From Bugula neritina (Eukaryota; Animalia; Bryozoa): a DNA stretch of 64,000 nt. The DNA is taken from contig OZ037765.1 of NCBI GenBank assembly GCA_964035545.1, forward strand, positions 9,682,698-9,746,697, in the 5' to 3' direction. Numbering within the stretch: the stretch's first letter is position 1; every line of letters begins with the position of its first letter. Under the pieces are notes generated by a model. That model worked only from the letters and a program-made list of their open reading frames with translations. It had not been told where the DNA came from and made no database searches. Shown here one piece after another: positions 42,701 to 54,872 of this stretch. Both the position numbers and the translations under genes were made by a program.

Positions 42701-44182
42701 TACATTTTTCATTCACAATAAGCTTGAAAATTTAATGATGGTAATAAAAACATTTTTATATCTTGTGCATATTATTTAGATGCAAAAAATCTGACATAAA
42801 TGAGTTCTTTAGGACTTTGCCATGAACTTTTTTATATGTTTAGGAATTTTTGTAGGAATTATGTGCTATTAAATCTATAGTTTAGCAACCGTGTCCCTAA
42901 TAATGTAGCACTTTTTGACTGCTTTACTGAAAAATTGACTCACAAATGTGGTTATGCCATTTATATAAACAGATGCTATGTATTTATGAAGAAATGTCAA
43001 ATAGAAATATAGTATTGTAGTAAATGATTACATTTTTAATACGCTTTATTTGATCTAACAGGTGGTTATTATCTACCAAATGGCACATATTTTGATTGGT
43101 GGACTACTAACACTACTACCAATTACAACAAACGAAGAGCTTGTTTAGAAAACCTTGACCTCAAAGCTGGACCTTACCAAGCTACTCCAGACTCTGAAAT
43201 TAGACTTGTAGGTTTGATCAAGCCTTGCTTATTAGATACTTATTTGTTTATGATGAGATGAAGCGACATTTGGTTGTGCTAGCTCTGGTACATTTGGATA
43301 TATTATTTTTTAGATAAGAATTGATGGTACCTATGCTGCAAGAGAATTGACAGCAGAGATGGCTGCTATAAGAATTGCATACAATGTTAGTTTGTTTGTC
43401 TAACTTGTATTTATTAAAGGGACACAACATTTTATATCTTTAGATTAAGTATTTTACCACCAGCCAACTTGCTATGTTATTTAAGAAACTGTGTAAACCA
43501 GAAAACACTGCAGGCAAATTTAAATTAGACTAAACCTGTTAACCATGGCAACTAGTTCATAAGTTGATAACCAGCATTCATTCACTCTTTAAAATAAAAA
43601 GTGCCACAGTTATATAATCTTTATTAATGGCTTTTAATCTTAATCTAGTGAATGAACAAATGAAAGGCCAGATTTTGAATTCCATGCAAATATTGGTAGG
43701 CTTATAAAGACTGGGTAGCTGACAACTCCGAAGAGAAAAGAGCACCAGGTGTTGGGCTCACTAATGAGCAGACTATGTTCCTAGCATACGCCCAAACCCA
43801 GTGCTTTGTAAGACGTGATGACTATTCTATAAGCAGAGCCGAGAGACAAATAATACCAGAAGACATTCGGTAGGTTTTAAAAAAAACAAAATAATATTAA
43901 TTATTCCCACTCTGCCTTAACCAAGCAGCATGCTTTTTAATTAAGATTTGTCATGAATTTATTTCTTTGTATAGTAATTAGGATTGTTAATCTAATACAA
44001 ACATAAACTTATCAAAGCAACTATATACCCATGCTAGGTATTAAAATTGGTATCATTATAGAAATTTCATTTGATGTTTTAGGTTGAATGCAGCTTTGGC
44101 TCATACACCAGAGTTTGTGAAGGCATTCTCCTGTGATGCAACTACCAACATGCATGCTACAGACAAATGTGAAGTGTTCTAA
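36764..44182 (+). CDS. M13 (neprilysin/ECE-like) metallopeptidase: N-terminal module B (single exon 36764-37459, 232 codons) plus shared downstream exons
   Basis: Module B: TM helix, CLEPQC...DPCNNFYQYAC, FYQSC, ending ...RNILE|GTTAGT. Downstream exons: 37550-37615, 38210-38356, 38817-38903, ~39310-39443, 39911-40133, ~40659-40835, ~41778-41894, ~41995-42160 (NFGALGITVGHELIHAVD, HExxH at 42130-42144), 43062-43207, 43314-43385, 43700-43869, 44083-44182 (EFVKAFSC...KCEVF*). Confidence 0.92.
40888..41057 (-). mobile_element. tRNA-derived SINE-like element in an M13 gene intron
   Basis: The minus strand reads ...CCGTGGGGTAATGCTTAGCACACTTGCTTACAAGCCAGAGGTCTCGGGTTCGAATCTCAGTGGGGG... with A-box-like and B-box (GGTTCGAATC) motifs followed by a non-tRNA body. 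Boundaries approximate. Confidence 0.6.
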
Positions 44183-44746
44183 TGGCTGATCAAAGATTCT
44201 AGTTCTACGATTGACATTTTTGTCATGTTTTTTATGCATAATACTCCAGTTTATAATATATTCATTGACAATCTGTATCAATTATCATAATCTATAGCAA
44301 TAACTTCTCGTTATTTGCAAGCAAAGTATGATCATATTTATATTATTATTATTCTTTTACTTATTACTAACTGTAAATTTTTAATAAATATGCAAATGGA
44401 ATTATATATGACTTTTATAATCAACTAATTAGAGCCAACAAATGTTAAAATAAAATAATTTAACTCCTTTTATTTGGGTACTGAACCAAATTTTTAAACA
44501 GCAGACAAAAAAACTGTGAAAATTCAGACTAGCATACAATCTAAATTAGGCTGCTGAGCAGTAATAATATTTGAAATACTATTAAATTTTATTTCTATAT
44601 GTTCAAAGATGTTAAAAAAGCAAGCTGATTTTTCTACCTGGTATATCTGAAAAATGCATATAAAATCAAGATAATAGTTTACAGCATTTACAAGGTGAAT
44701 TAAATAATATGAAAATAATGTTAGCCATAGCCAAATGTCTAAAAAT

Positions 44747-47700
44747 TCAATATGACCGGGCATCTGGGTTAATATAGAAGCAGATATAGCCATCTTTGAC
44801 AAGACGGCGAATAAGATCGGGTGACGTCTTCATATCATCATATGCATCCACCAACTTCTTTCTAAAGTCAACAACTTCTCTTACTTTTGGGATGTTACTA
44901 TTTGTTGAGTCTAGAAATACACCAAAATATGTTAGCAATATTATAGATTCACCATTCACCGATCTCTTTACAGCTTGGAGTATACGCATAATGTTACAAT
45001 TTTTCAGATTTTCAATAAAACATATTACGTATGCAATGATGAAAGAACAAGCAACATTCAAATATGAACTGTAATCAATGAGTGCCTAAAACTGTGGTGC
45101 TTTGCTTAATTTTCAACTGTAGGACAGCAAATACAAGAGAATGCTTGTCAATATGTAAAACCTTAGGCACATTCTGAAAAACAAGTTGGTTTTGAACCCA
45201 ACTCCCAAATACATTGTTGACATTGCAATACCTTTTACTAATTAGTGTGTATAACTGAAAATATGATAAAACCAAATAGCTTGATGGACCAGCTTGTTCA
45301 AATAATTATAAATTCAACTAAAAAGTTTTCAAGCTGACATAAACGTCTGCAAATTACCTTCTCTATCAGCCATACTGTCGAAAAACAACCAGCGGGCTTT
45401 TTTGGTTGTGTTTGAAGCCACGAAAGTAACATAATGAGACGTCTCGATACAGAGAACAGCGGCTAGTCTGAGCTCACACTTTGCATCCTGTATGCATTCC
45501 TCGTCAGAATTCTCACCTCTCTCTGCCCCCCTAGATCTCCTGTCCTGTTTGACCGTACGGTTAATATGACGAGGTTTATGGTGGTTTCGCTGCTCATGCT
45601 GGTGATACTAAGATGAAGAGAGTATAAGCTATGCTTCTTAACATCAAACTTTATGCAGTCATTCATAGCAACAGAATCTGATCAGAACTGCAGAAAATAG
45701 CTCTTTACAGCTATTATTTAAATGTTTAATAATAAAATACCATATCATATAAAATGCAATTAATTATACAATAGTTTATTGAGTGTATTTGAATTTAAAG
45801 TGGAGACACCTGAAATATTAAAATGATTAGAAAAATGACAAAAATAAAGAAGATTTCTTACCCCGAATGCGCAATCTTCACAGAACGATGCAAGAGATAT
45901 TTTGTTCTGCTCTTTATAGCATTCATAACACTCATGGGCTGCTGGCTTTGAGCAGACAACACATTTCTGCTTGGCTAAAAGACAACGGAGTTATTGTTCC
46001 AATGCTAGAAAATTTGAAATCTTACTAACTGCACTTACTTATTTGTTGTCTTACTACTATCAGTAGCTGAAAAATAAATTCTGAGTTTCACAAATTTACT
46101 TCAAGTGAAGACCACAGTGTGTTCAGATTACTATTCATAAACCATTTAACTATTGTTAATTTGTGTACATACTTCCACTTAGCAAATCTGTAATGTCTAG
46201 CTCTGGACTGGGGAACACCATGTCGTACATTTTGAAATCTTTTCCAAACCGTGGCAAATGAACTATCAAGTATGGCGGAATCTGTAAAGTTAAAATTAAG
46301 AATATTTGTATATATAACAACTTCTGAGTAACTTTGCCATGCAACCAATTATGCATTAGCAGCAAAGTACAGGCAGTTTGCGATCTTTCATTTTTGAAGT
46401 ATTGAAAGTTAATGCTAGTATATCCAGTATCCACTATCTGTGTTTGCAGCATCACATTATTACTGTATAAATAACTGTTCAAGTTGTAGGCTTGTATGCT
46501 GATTAAGTTTAAATCTAAACTACAGCAACAGTTAGACCCAGTTATTGAGTATTCATAATCGTTATTAATGATTTTCTGAGCCTTTACATTTGAAGAAACT
46601 TTCATATTGACATCAGTGATTCAGCAGGTATAACTATATGTTGATCCATTTAATACAGGAAAAACAGCTGGCTTCTTATTTGGTGTGTGTTTTGGCATAA
46701 AAAATGTTGGAACCGTTACAAAATGTTTGAAAAAAAACCTTGTATAGTACAGATACTATTCTCAACCCAAATTAATCTCTTTAATTAATTTTTAAAATTT
46801 TGAAATTAGATTTTGCACCTTTCCACTTATTAAGTTGTCAATACTTTACTGCATAGAATATGCAATAAAAACGCTAAAAAATTAAAAATAAAATTGGCAT
46901 TAAACTTATCAAACAGAATTGTAAAGCTTCAAAAAGTTACCAGTGACTACCTCCATTAAACAATGTTATTTGATGTACCTACAGACCAGTCTTTTTTGGA
47001 TAAAAGTATACATACATTCTTTTACCAAGAAAACAATACTATAACAGCTGATGACAATACATATAATATGTCAGGGTGCAATGTGCAATGTAATTAAGCA
47101 CCTTGGCAAATTTGAAAGCTTCCTGTAGACAGTTTCGCTCCAGCAACTCCTGAACTGTAGGAAATTTGAAGCTATAGTCTTTATCAGCCAGTAGATGAAA
47201 AAGGTGTGAATCTGAATCGTTACTACAAACATAAACACACTCATTTAAATGAACTTTTAAAAACAATTGTTGTACATACTTCTGTACATACTTACAAAAA
47301 CTGGTTTTCTGAAATAACTCAGAATATGCAAAGATAAAAACTGTCAGAAGTGAGAGAGTGGTAGGATAAATCTAACCTAAGAAAAATCGGAGGTTCTGCA
47401 TTGAGCACATCTACTAAAAGAAGGTTGAGAAACTCCTCAGGATCTTTTTCCTCTCCTCTCAGACCTTTGACTGATCCAATATCATCAAGTAGGCTTCTGA
47501 GCTGATGCATGGCCAGCTTAGACACTAGTCCATACCTGTATTGGAAGACAGCTGTGGATATCTGTGCATGTGAGAGTATTTGTTATGTTTAAATTCTAAT
47601 AACAATTTAGCTTTTTGAAATTTTGCTTTCTCAAATTATTTTTAAAAAAGTAACTTGAAAAAGAGTAATAGTATATGCCTAATTTGAACATACAAAACAA

Positions 47701-50700
47701 AAACATTTATTAGTTGATTAATTACATGGTATAAATTTTCACGTCTTTAACCACTTACTTTCTCAGCGGATTTACAATCTGAGTCCGCAAAATATCCTTT
47801 ACTTTTCTCTTTGTTTCAGGACTTACTAAATGTTCAACCGGTGTTTGTGATTGGGCATTATTGGCTTTTTCTTTTTCACTAGCGCTTACTAAGTTTCCAA
47901 CTTGAACCAAATCATCAAAGATTGTAAGATAAGCAAACATGGCAAATATGCTAGCATCCATGTAGCACGAATTTTGGTCACCCTGTACCCCTTTCCATGG
48001 GCCAAGATACTGTCCAATATGACTCGGAGGCTTTACATGTTCTTCAACAGAGTTTTCCAATTCTTCTAATTTCTCACCCTCTTCAGGTAAAATAAATCCA
48101 GGTGGTCTGAACATAAATGGAGGCACGATAGTTGTCATGTAGGTTCCATCCATTTGGAGCTCAACTTTACCACGAAAGATTAAATCTTCATCTTTAATGT
48201 CTATAACAAAACCCAGTCATGTACTAGTTTTTCAATGAAATAAGAATGAAAAGCATAAACACTGTAATTTGACTGTTAATTATGATGTCATAAATACAAT
48301 ATCAGAATTTCTAAATTGCCTAAATTTAGAAAATGGTAAAAGAAAGGGTTTAAACTTTAGTGCATTATATCATCACTAGTAATACAAACTCATGCTAAGT
48401 AAAAAATTAGAGTAGTAGATTCAATTCTCTACTCTGTCCCTAAGACCTTGTTTAATTTTTTTAAATATTTTACTGTATTATGTCACATTGCATTATTGTA
48501 TTTTTATTGTATTTATTGTTACATGGACAACATGAGAATCTGTCAAAAACACTAAAAAATCATAGAAATAAAAATAATAAAATACGAGCTAAATTACAAT
48601 TGAGTAGAATATAATTTCAGATTCATAACTTACATCTTGTTGACACATTTGAACTCGCAGATGGGTTTTTAGCCTCAGCCAAGCCACGTTCATAGCCCCT
48701 TATGTACTCTGGATTTTCAGATACTAGTTTACCATCAGCAGCTTTATGGCCCACCAGACCATCGTCATAGCCTGTCCAATAATTGTCTTTATCAATATGT
48801 TTTTGGCTTTCAATCTCTTGCAAATAATCATCACTTCCATGTTTGTATCCTTCTCGATAATAATGATTACTAGATTCAGGTCCCCCCCTTGATGTCTGGA
48901 GAACTTTCCTAGCTTGGTCATAACCATCCCAGTAGTTGTGAATATTTGATTCTGACCAATTACGAGTATAATCTTTATAGTTTCTCTCCCCTTCACCAAA
49001 CCCACGCAAGTATTCTTCTTCAGTAGATGCTGGATAGGGTTTGTAACCTGCATATCGCCGCCAACCATCCAAGTAACCAGTTGAGTACTTCTGTATCCTA
49101 ACCCGCTTTGCCTCTAAAGCACCAACCCCGTACCCTTTCAAATAATTGGGATTGTTAGAAGATTTTGTTGATCGATTTTTACCATCATTATAACCTAGGA
49201 TGTAGTGCTGTTCATTTTCTTGCGCATCGCTATGATAAAAATCCTTGTAGACGTCAGCACCTGTTGTCGTGTCAGTTAGCATGCTATTGGATTGTTGATG
49301 ATGTCCGACTTGGTTATGAAATCTGTTAGCATTTTCTCCTGGGTGAGTGAAATCTGATGCACTGTGTTGCTTGGAAGTTGCATCTAAATGACTTTTTGCG
49401 GTATTAGTGCGTCCAGAAAAGTTAAAATTTATTTGGTTGTTGATTGATGGACCAGCAATGCTTGAGTTATTTATTGATTTGTCTGCAAAGTCAAGAGATT
49501 GCTTTTGGCTGTGCAGCTTAAAATCTTTCGAAGCTCCAAATCGATCAGAGGGCTCGTAGGAGTATTTTGTCTTCGGGCGAGTATCTATTAAAGCAAATAA
49601 ACTATATATGAGCAGAAATAATTTTTGACAATCTAGCTATTTTGCTTGACTTTTATATGACGCAAATTAAATTTATTGGCGCTTGATAGAGTTTCATTTC
49701 AAGTGCCAATTAGAGCTTCTTTTAAGAAAATTACATATTATATTTATTGTCAATCATGTAGAATACCAAGTTTTGAAAATATGAATTGACTCCTTATTTT
49801 ATGTACTTTCTAACTTATGGTATGGCATAATATGAGATTAATTTCCACATTAAATCAAATAAAAATGCAAATGCAATAAATAGCTACAACCATATTGAGA
49901 GAAACAAATTGGAAATACAATTAAATACACTGCTTTACATACCAAGTGTTTTAACAAAATAAAAAATAATTTTAACTAATAATTGGCCAACTCATTAAAA
50001 AATTAGACTTCATGGTTTACCATGTTATGTCTTTTATATACAAAGATGGGCATCTCACATTTCATGATTAAATTTATGTATGAAGAAAGAAACAGACATT
50101 TTGTGTGACGGTTAGTTACCTTTAACTTATGATAACAATACAGATACACCACGAAAATTGCTACTCAACTACTGATGTGCAGTTTCTACATATGTTACCT
50201 TGCTCAGCTCTCTGATGAATTTGTGATGGTGCAACTGGTCTTCCTGAACCAAAGCTTCCTGTAACATGCAATAATAAAATAGAGACCCACACATTCACTA
50301 GAGCAGTAAAACTGGGAACAATTAACAAGCCAGCATAATATTACAATACAAATAAACTACAGTAAAAATAGTTGTACAATCAGTTTTGTTTAATATTGAA
50401 ATAGTATATACAAAACTTTATGCACAAGATGTTTTTAGAGTTTATATTCAAGGCCCTGTTTTAAAAGGTTACTGAATTACTGAGATAGTGCTGAGTCATC
50501 TTGCCTATTAAAATATAATAGCATGACTAAGCATGTGTGTAGATGATGATTAGGTAAGCAATGACTCATAGCATACTGTGAAATACATGTAGTGATTTCT
50601 TCAATGAGCCAACAAAGCAACTTTATTAAAGTAATACATCAAAGTGGCAGTAATCTAATTTGAATAGAACATACCAGAGAAGGAATTGTCAATGCTAGAC

Positions 50701-51163
50701 ATTGGTGAGGCAGCAGGAGTTCTGTTTCGAGCACTTTGCGAGGCTTTATATCCTGTGTGAAATAACAATTAAATGTTTGGTTTTCACATTTCTAATGACT
50801 TTAAACAATATAATACAACATTTACATTAACATCTAAGGAAGCAGCCAGGGGTCTAGGGGTTAGATCGTTTGGCTAAGTAAACATGAAGTTATGGGTTCG
50901 AACCACGGTAAAGACCACTGGTGATGTCAGGAAAAACATCCAGTCATAATTGTTCCTGTGCTTCATTTTAATTAGTCCTTAGCCCGATCTAACAAAAACC
51001 CTTCCCATCAGGGGTTTCTCACAGGGATAGCGACTATAAACTTCTACAAAATTTAATTACCTGTTTCAGAATGTCTGTCTGAGACACCTGCTTGCTGGCT
51101 GCGAGCTGGGTAGTACGATTGATCATTTGGTAAGTGCACATTACTTCGACCCAAAAAGGACAT
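44747..51163 (-). CDS. CYLD: CYLD-like ubiquitin carboxyl-terminal hydrolase (USP) with B-box and atypical N-terminus; multi-exon
   Basis: Cys box [20 protein letters not shown] (~47940-48000), [40 protein letters not shown]-box CVVC...HECYEC...FCEDC..YHQH (45560-45975), His/Asp box [16 protein letters not shown]...[11 protein letters not shown] (45358-45470) and C-terminal [12 protein letters not shown]. Upstream in-frame exons at ~51061-51165, ~50676-50753, ~50200-50259 and 48634-49584. The start at ATG 51163 is tentative. May be a divergent paralog rather than the strict ortholog. Confidence 0.88.
50838..51043 (+). mobile_element. tRNA-derived SINE, copy 1 of a two-copy family (intron of CYLD-like gene)
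   Basis: Head GCAGCCAGGGGTCTAGGGGTTAG...GGGTTCGAACC (A/B boxes), core GATGTCAGGAAAAACATCCAGTCA and tail CAGGGATAGCGACTATAAACTT align with the copy at 61388-61570. Confidence 0.8.
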
Positions 51164-52169
51164 GCCTGTGAGTTGTGAAAATGAATAAAATATTTAATAA
51201 TAAGGAGCATTCTCCAACGAGTCTACCTTGGTTGGCAGTAAACAACAGAAAAAAAATCACAATAGTTATTGGCAATAGTTCACTACAAAAGACCAATAGT
51301 AACTATAACCCTTACATTTACATCAATGATAACTCATATGGTTTATTCAGTTGGTATGCTATCTTATGTATAACCTAACATCTAATAAAACATCAGAAAG
51401 AAAACTAGAAGTGACAGAAAGAAATAAAAACACAGTGAAACAAAGCTACATTCAAAAAGATTTCCAGCTTGTTTTATTGGCCTAACTTTATATCTTTTAC
51501 ATTTTTTTACAGAAAACATCTTTCGATGTTATAGACTGTTAAAAGGCGCCATCACAATCAAATTGTCCAAGATGAAGACACATGTAAACATAATGTTTTA
51601 TATACTCAAACTGATTTGATATACAACTCTAACATTGCATTTGATTTGTAGACAAGGCCCTTCTACAGTAATAAAACTTGCATTCAGTACTTTTATTATA
51701 AATTACAAATGTAATCTAATTCTGCAATAATGACTGTAATTGTGCCTAATAGCAACTAATCCTATAGAAATATCATGTTAAGTTAATAATAGTCTATGCT
51801 TATCAGTATTCAGATAACATTTTGCGAATGCGTAAAAGCATTACCTATACAATCACATTATCATTATGAGCATACTATATATCATGCATTTATTAAGACT
51901 CAACCAGTAAGTAACAATTAAAGTATGTTACTATTAGTAGCAACTGTAACGGCAGCCAGTCAAGTCAGTTATCAACTTCAAGTTCAAGTGTAAAGTAATT
52001 TTTATGTAGTTTTAGTAAATCTAACCGTCTCACTCCCAGTCTCTATTTTAGATTAGGATTTACTTTTAGTCACTCGGCTAATTATTACTAGAATAAGAAT
52101 AACCAAGTTATTTCATAGCCATGAATGAACTCGTTTATTATTAAATCTAATGTTATCATTATGATTCAT

Positions 52170-52890
52170 TATACTCATTACTCATTTACTCCTTATTGCT
52201 ATTACTATTAGTATTAGTAATACTATTAGTATTAGTATTACTATTAACATTGAACAAATTAAAATACCAGGTCTTGTTTATATTAACATTGAAATATTTA
52301 TATTGATATTCATATAATAATAATAATAACAATAACATAATTATAATGATCTAACACAAACATTTAATGATTTATAATTATAATAATTACAAATAATAAT
52401 ATAATTATTATTATATGAAAATTAACATGAATAATTTTAATAAATAAAATAACTTTAAATAATTTACTCAAATTCTTTAGGTTTATAATTATTATAAATA
52501 TAATTTTACGATGAAATCAACATCAACATATACTACTAGTAGTACTAGTAGTACTAGTAGTACTACTACTACTAGTACTATGCCTATGGCGATTGTATTA
52601 GTATTACTCACTATTACTATTAGTATTAGTATTCCTATTAGATTTAGTATTAGACTAATACTTATAGTATTACTATTACTAATACTATTAGTATTAGTGT
52701 TACTACTAGTAGTAGTAGTAGTTATACACTAATACAGTTTTGCTTTTACCTTTACTTTTAGTTTTAGTCTAAGTCTACTTTAACTTTCAGTTTTAGTTTT
52801 ACTGATTATCAAAAATAAAGGTTATACTATTACTATAAAATTAGGTTTATTATTTACAATGACTATGACTATCACAATGACTATCAGTGA
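52170..52890. repeat. Low-complexity tri-/hexanucleotide tract (TAG/TAC/TAT/TAA; TTTTAG, ATGACT variants)
   Basis: Visible runs such as tactactagtagtactagtagt, attagtattagt, tttactttta and atgactatgact. Confidence 0.85.
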
Positions 52891-52949
52891 ATTACTAAAA
52901 CAAAACTTGGAATATTAGATTTACTTTTAGTATCTGTTCCAGTTTATTG

Positions 52950-53390
52950 TTATTTCATATTTATATATATATCTAACATATACAGTTATACACACACAAG
53001 TTGATGCCGTAATCCAATAGTTAGTAATACAATTGTCGCTCAGAGGCAAGAGCTTCCGCTAGCCAAAATCACACTTCTTGTCAAAAAATTACCGAAAGCT
53101 TTGTTAAGTACCACAGCCAAATTATGTATTTTAGCAAAGGTTCTCACAAAAATTACATTTCAAGTTACAACGAACCCACTTTCTTTTTTCTAAAAACAGT
53201 AGTCTGTCATCAATTTCTAAAATTGTATAATAAGATCGAAAGTGTGCGCCAAAAATATTCATGATTTAGAGGCCTCATGCGTGTCTTGTAGCAATTTGTG
53301 TACAGTTTATCTTACGCATATTAGATATTGGTGTTCCTGAAACTAGCAGTTCGAAAATGAATTGTTGCTAACCTGTTGCTATCATTGTTA
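52950..53390. promoter_or_regulatory. Putative bidirectional promoter / non-coding first exons between CYLD-like and EIF3M
   Basis: A higher-complexity segment with several CpGs lies between two low-complexity AT tracts. Candidate + donor ATT|GTTAGT at ~53387. The first coding exons of both genes are preceded by splice acceptors (54791 for EIF3M; 51166 for CYLD-like). Confidence 0.45.
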
Positions 53391-53504
53391 GTATACATAC
53401 TAATGATTTTCAATTGACTTTTCTTTTAATTTTGTTAAGATAAACATTGCATTTGCTATGAAAACCATCGCTATGCCTATGGCTATTCAATTGATTATGA
53501 TAGT

Positions 53505-53745
53505 TGAACTTGACACTCATACTCATAGTCATAGTAAAACTAAATGTCATAGTGATAGTCATACTGATAGTGATACTCATAATCATACTGATACTCAGTC
53601 TCATAGTTGATACTGATAGTCATAGTCATACTGATGGTCATGGTGATAGTGATACTCATAGTCATACTGATACTGATAGTGATGCTTATACTTATAGTCA
53701 TAGTATTAGTGATAGTCATAGTGAGTCTGATAGTCAGTGATACAC
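53505..53745. repeat. Degenerate hexamer tandem repeat (C/G)ATA(C/G)T
   Basis: Parses as catact catagt catagt ... gatagt catact gatagt gatact ..., about 38 units. Confidence 0.9.
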
Positions 53746-53943
53746 TAACACTTAGTTCTACGCCTACGGGAACACACTAAATTAAATAAAATGACCCGTA
53801 TAATTATATCAATATGAATAATATTAATTTTAATATATTAATCTGATATTCATATTGTATAATATTAATTGATATAATTATAATTATTTTATCACTTTAA
53901 TCTTTATGGATATCAAAATGAATGGTCTGGTAAATTTGGGATC

Positions 53944-54428
53944 TGTTAATATTATCGTAGGAATGATTATTTTTGCTTGCCTTAGCTATCTTTTTTGTGG
54001 ATGCCTTAACTATTTTCCTTGCGTAAATCTTTTAACTATTTCTCTTTGTGTAAATGCATTAGCTATTTTTATTTGTGATGTTAATCCCTTGCAAGACTCG
54101 GATTTTTGGTTGAGCCCCGAAATAGTTCAGGATGTCCGGTTTGGCGGACACCCGAATTCGGGTTGAAGATCAGGCCTTTGTGCCAGGGATGTTTTAGTAT
54201 AAAAGGCAGGCATTTTTCTGTTGTTACTCAGTCTTGAAGGACCACTGTAGACTACTTGAAACTATTTCATCAACTACTGTTTTCTCTACTTGTGAAGGGC
54301 TATGCCTGAGCCCCTTTTTTATAATAAACCATTCAACATCTACCTACCTCATCTTGCTCAGACTCTCACAAAGAGTTTTATGTTTTATCAGCACTGTTAT
54401 CAGTAGACAACCTCTTTTGTTTACAACA
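53944..54428 (+). mobile_element. Solo-LTR-like fragment in the presumed EIF3M 5' intron
   Basis: GC-richer insert with TG...CA candidate ends, short ~27-bp tandem repeats (ttaRctattt...gtaaat), TATAAAAG at ~54198 and AATAAA at ~54323, in U3-R-U5 order. No TSD found. Confidence 0.4.
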
Positions 54429-54872
54429 ATAGCAATTATTGAATTATTTCAATTATGACCATGAGTATGTTCATTTCTCAGATAGTAATACTATTACTAT
54501 GTCAATATAATTACTATTGATAGTTATATATTTATAATAATATAGTTGTACTATAGGTATAATGTTAATACTAATAGTGATCCTAACAATATACTATCAC
54601 TTATACTATGCAGTTATACTTTAACTTATAGTATATTATTATAATGTAGTAATAGAAATTATACTAATGTATTAATCAATAATAATTGTTAGTTATAATT
54701 AATATATCAGTAGTAATTGTTGTATTAATAATATTTATTGTCAATTGTGGTACTAAGCTAATAGATAATGAGAAATATGTTTATGTTACAGGAAAGTGTG
54801 GGTCACTGAGTGTGATTGACTTGTTCAGTGATTGTATCGATTTTCTGATTTTCATTAATAAACGTAATTGTG

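Noticed and set aside
45463-45690. Apparent in-frame stop in the CYLD-like gene if the CAG acceptor near 45688 is used (pseudogene?)
   Set aside because: A downstream acceptor (CTTAG|TATCAC, ~45607) restores the frame through the B-box His residues and the His box, so the gene looks intact.
52511-53740. ORFs 52511-52732, 53410-53604 and 53504-53740 with hydrophobic or His/Asp/Ser-rich translations
   Set aside because: Artefacts of tri-/hexanucleotide low-complexity tracts; no splice context or family motif.
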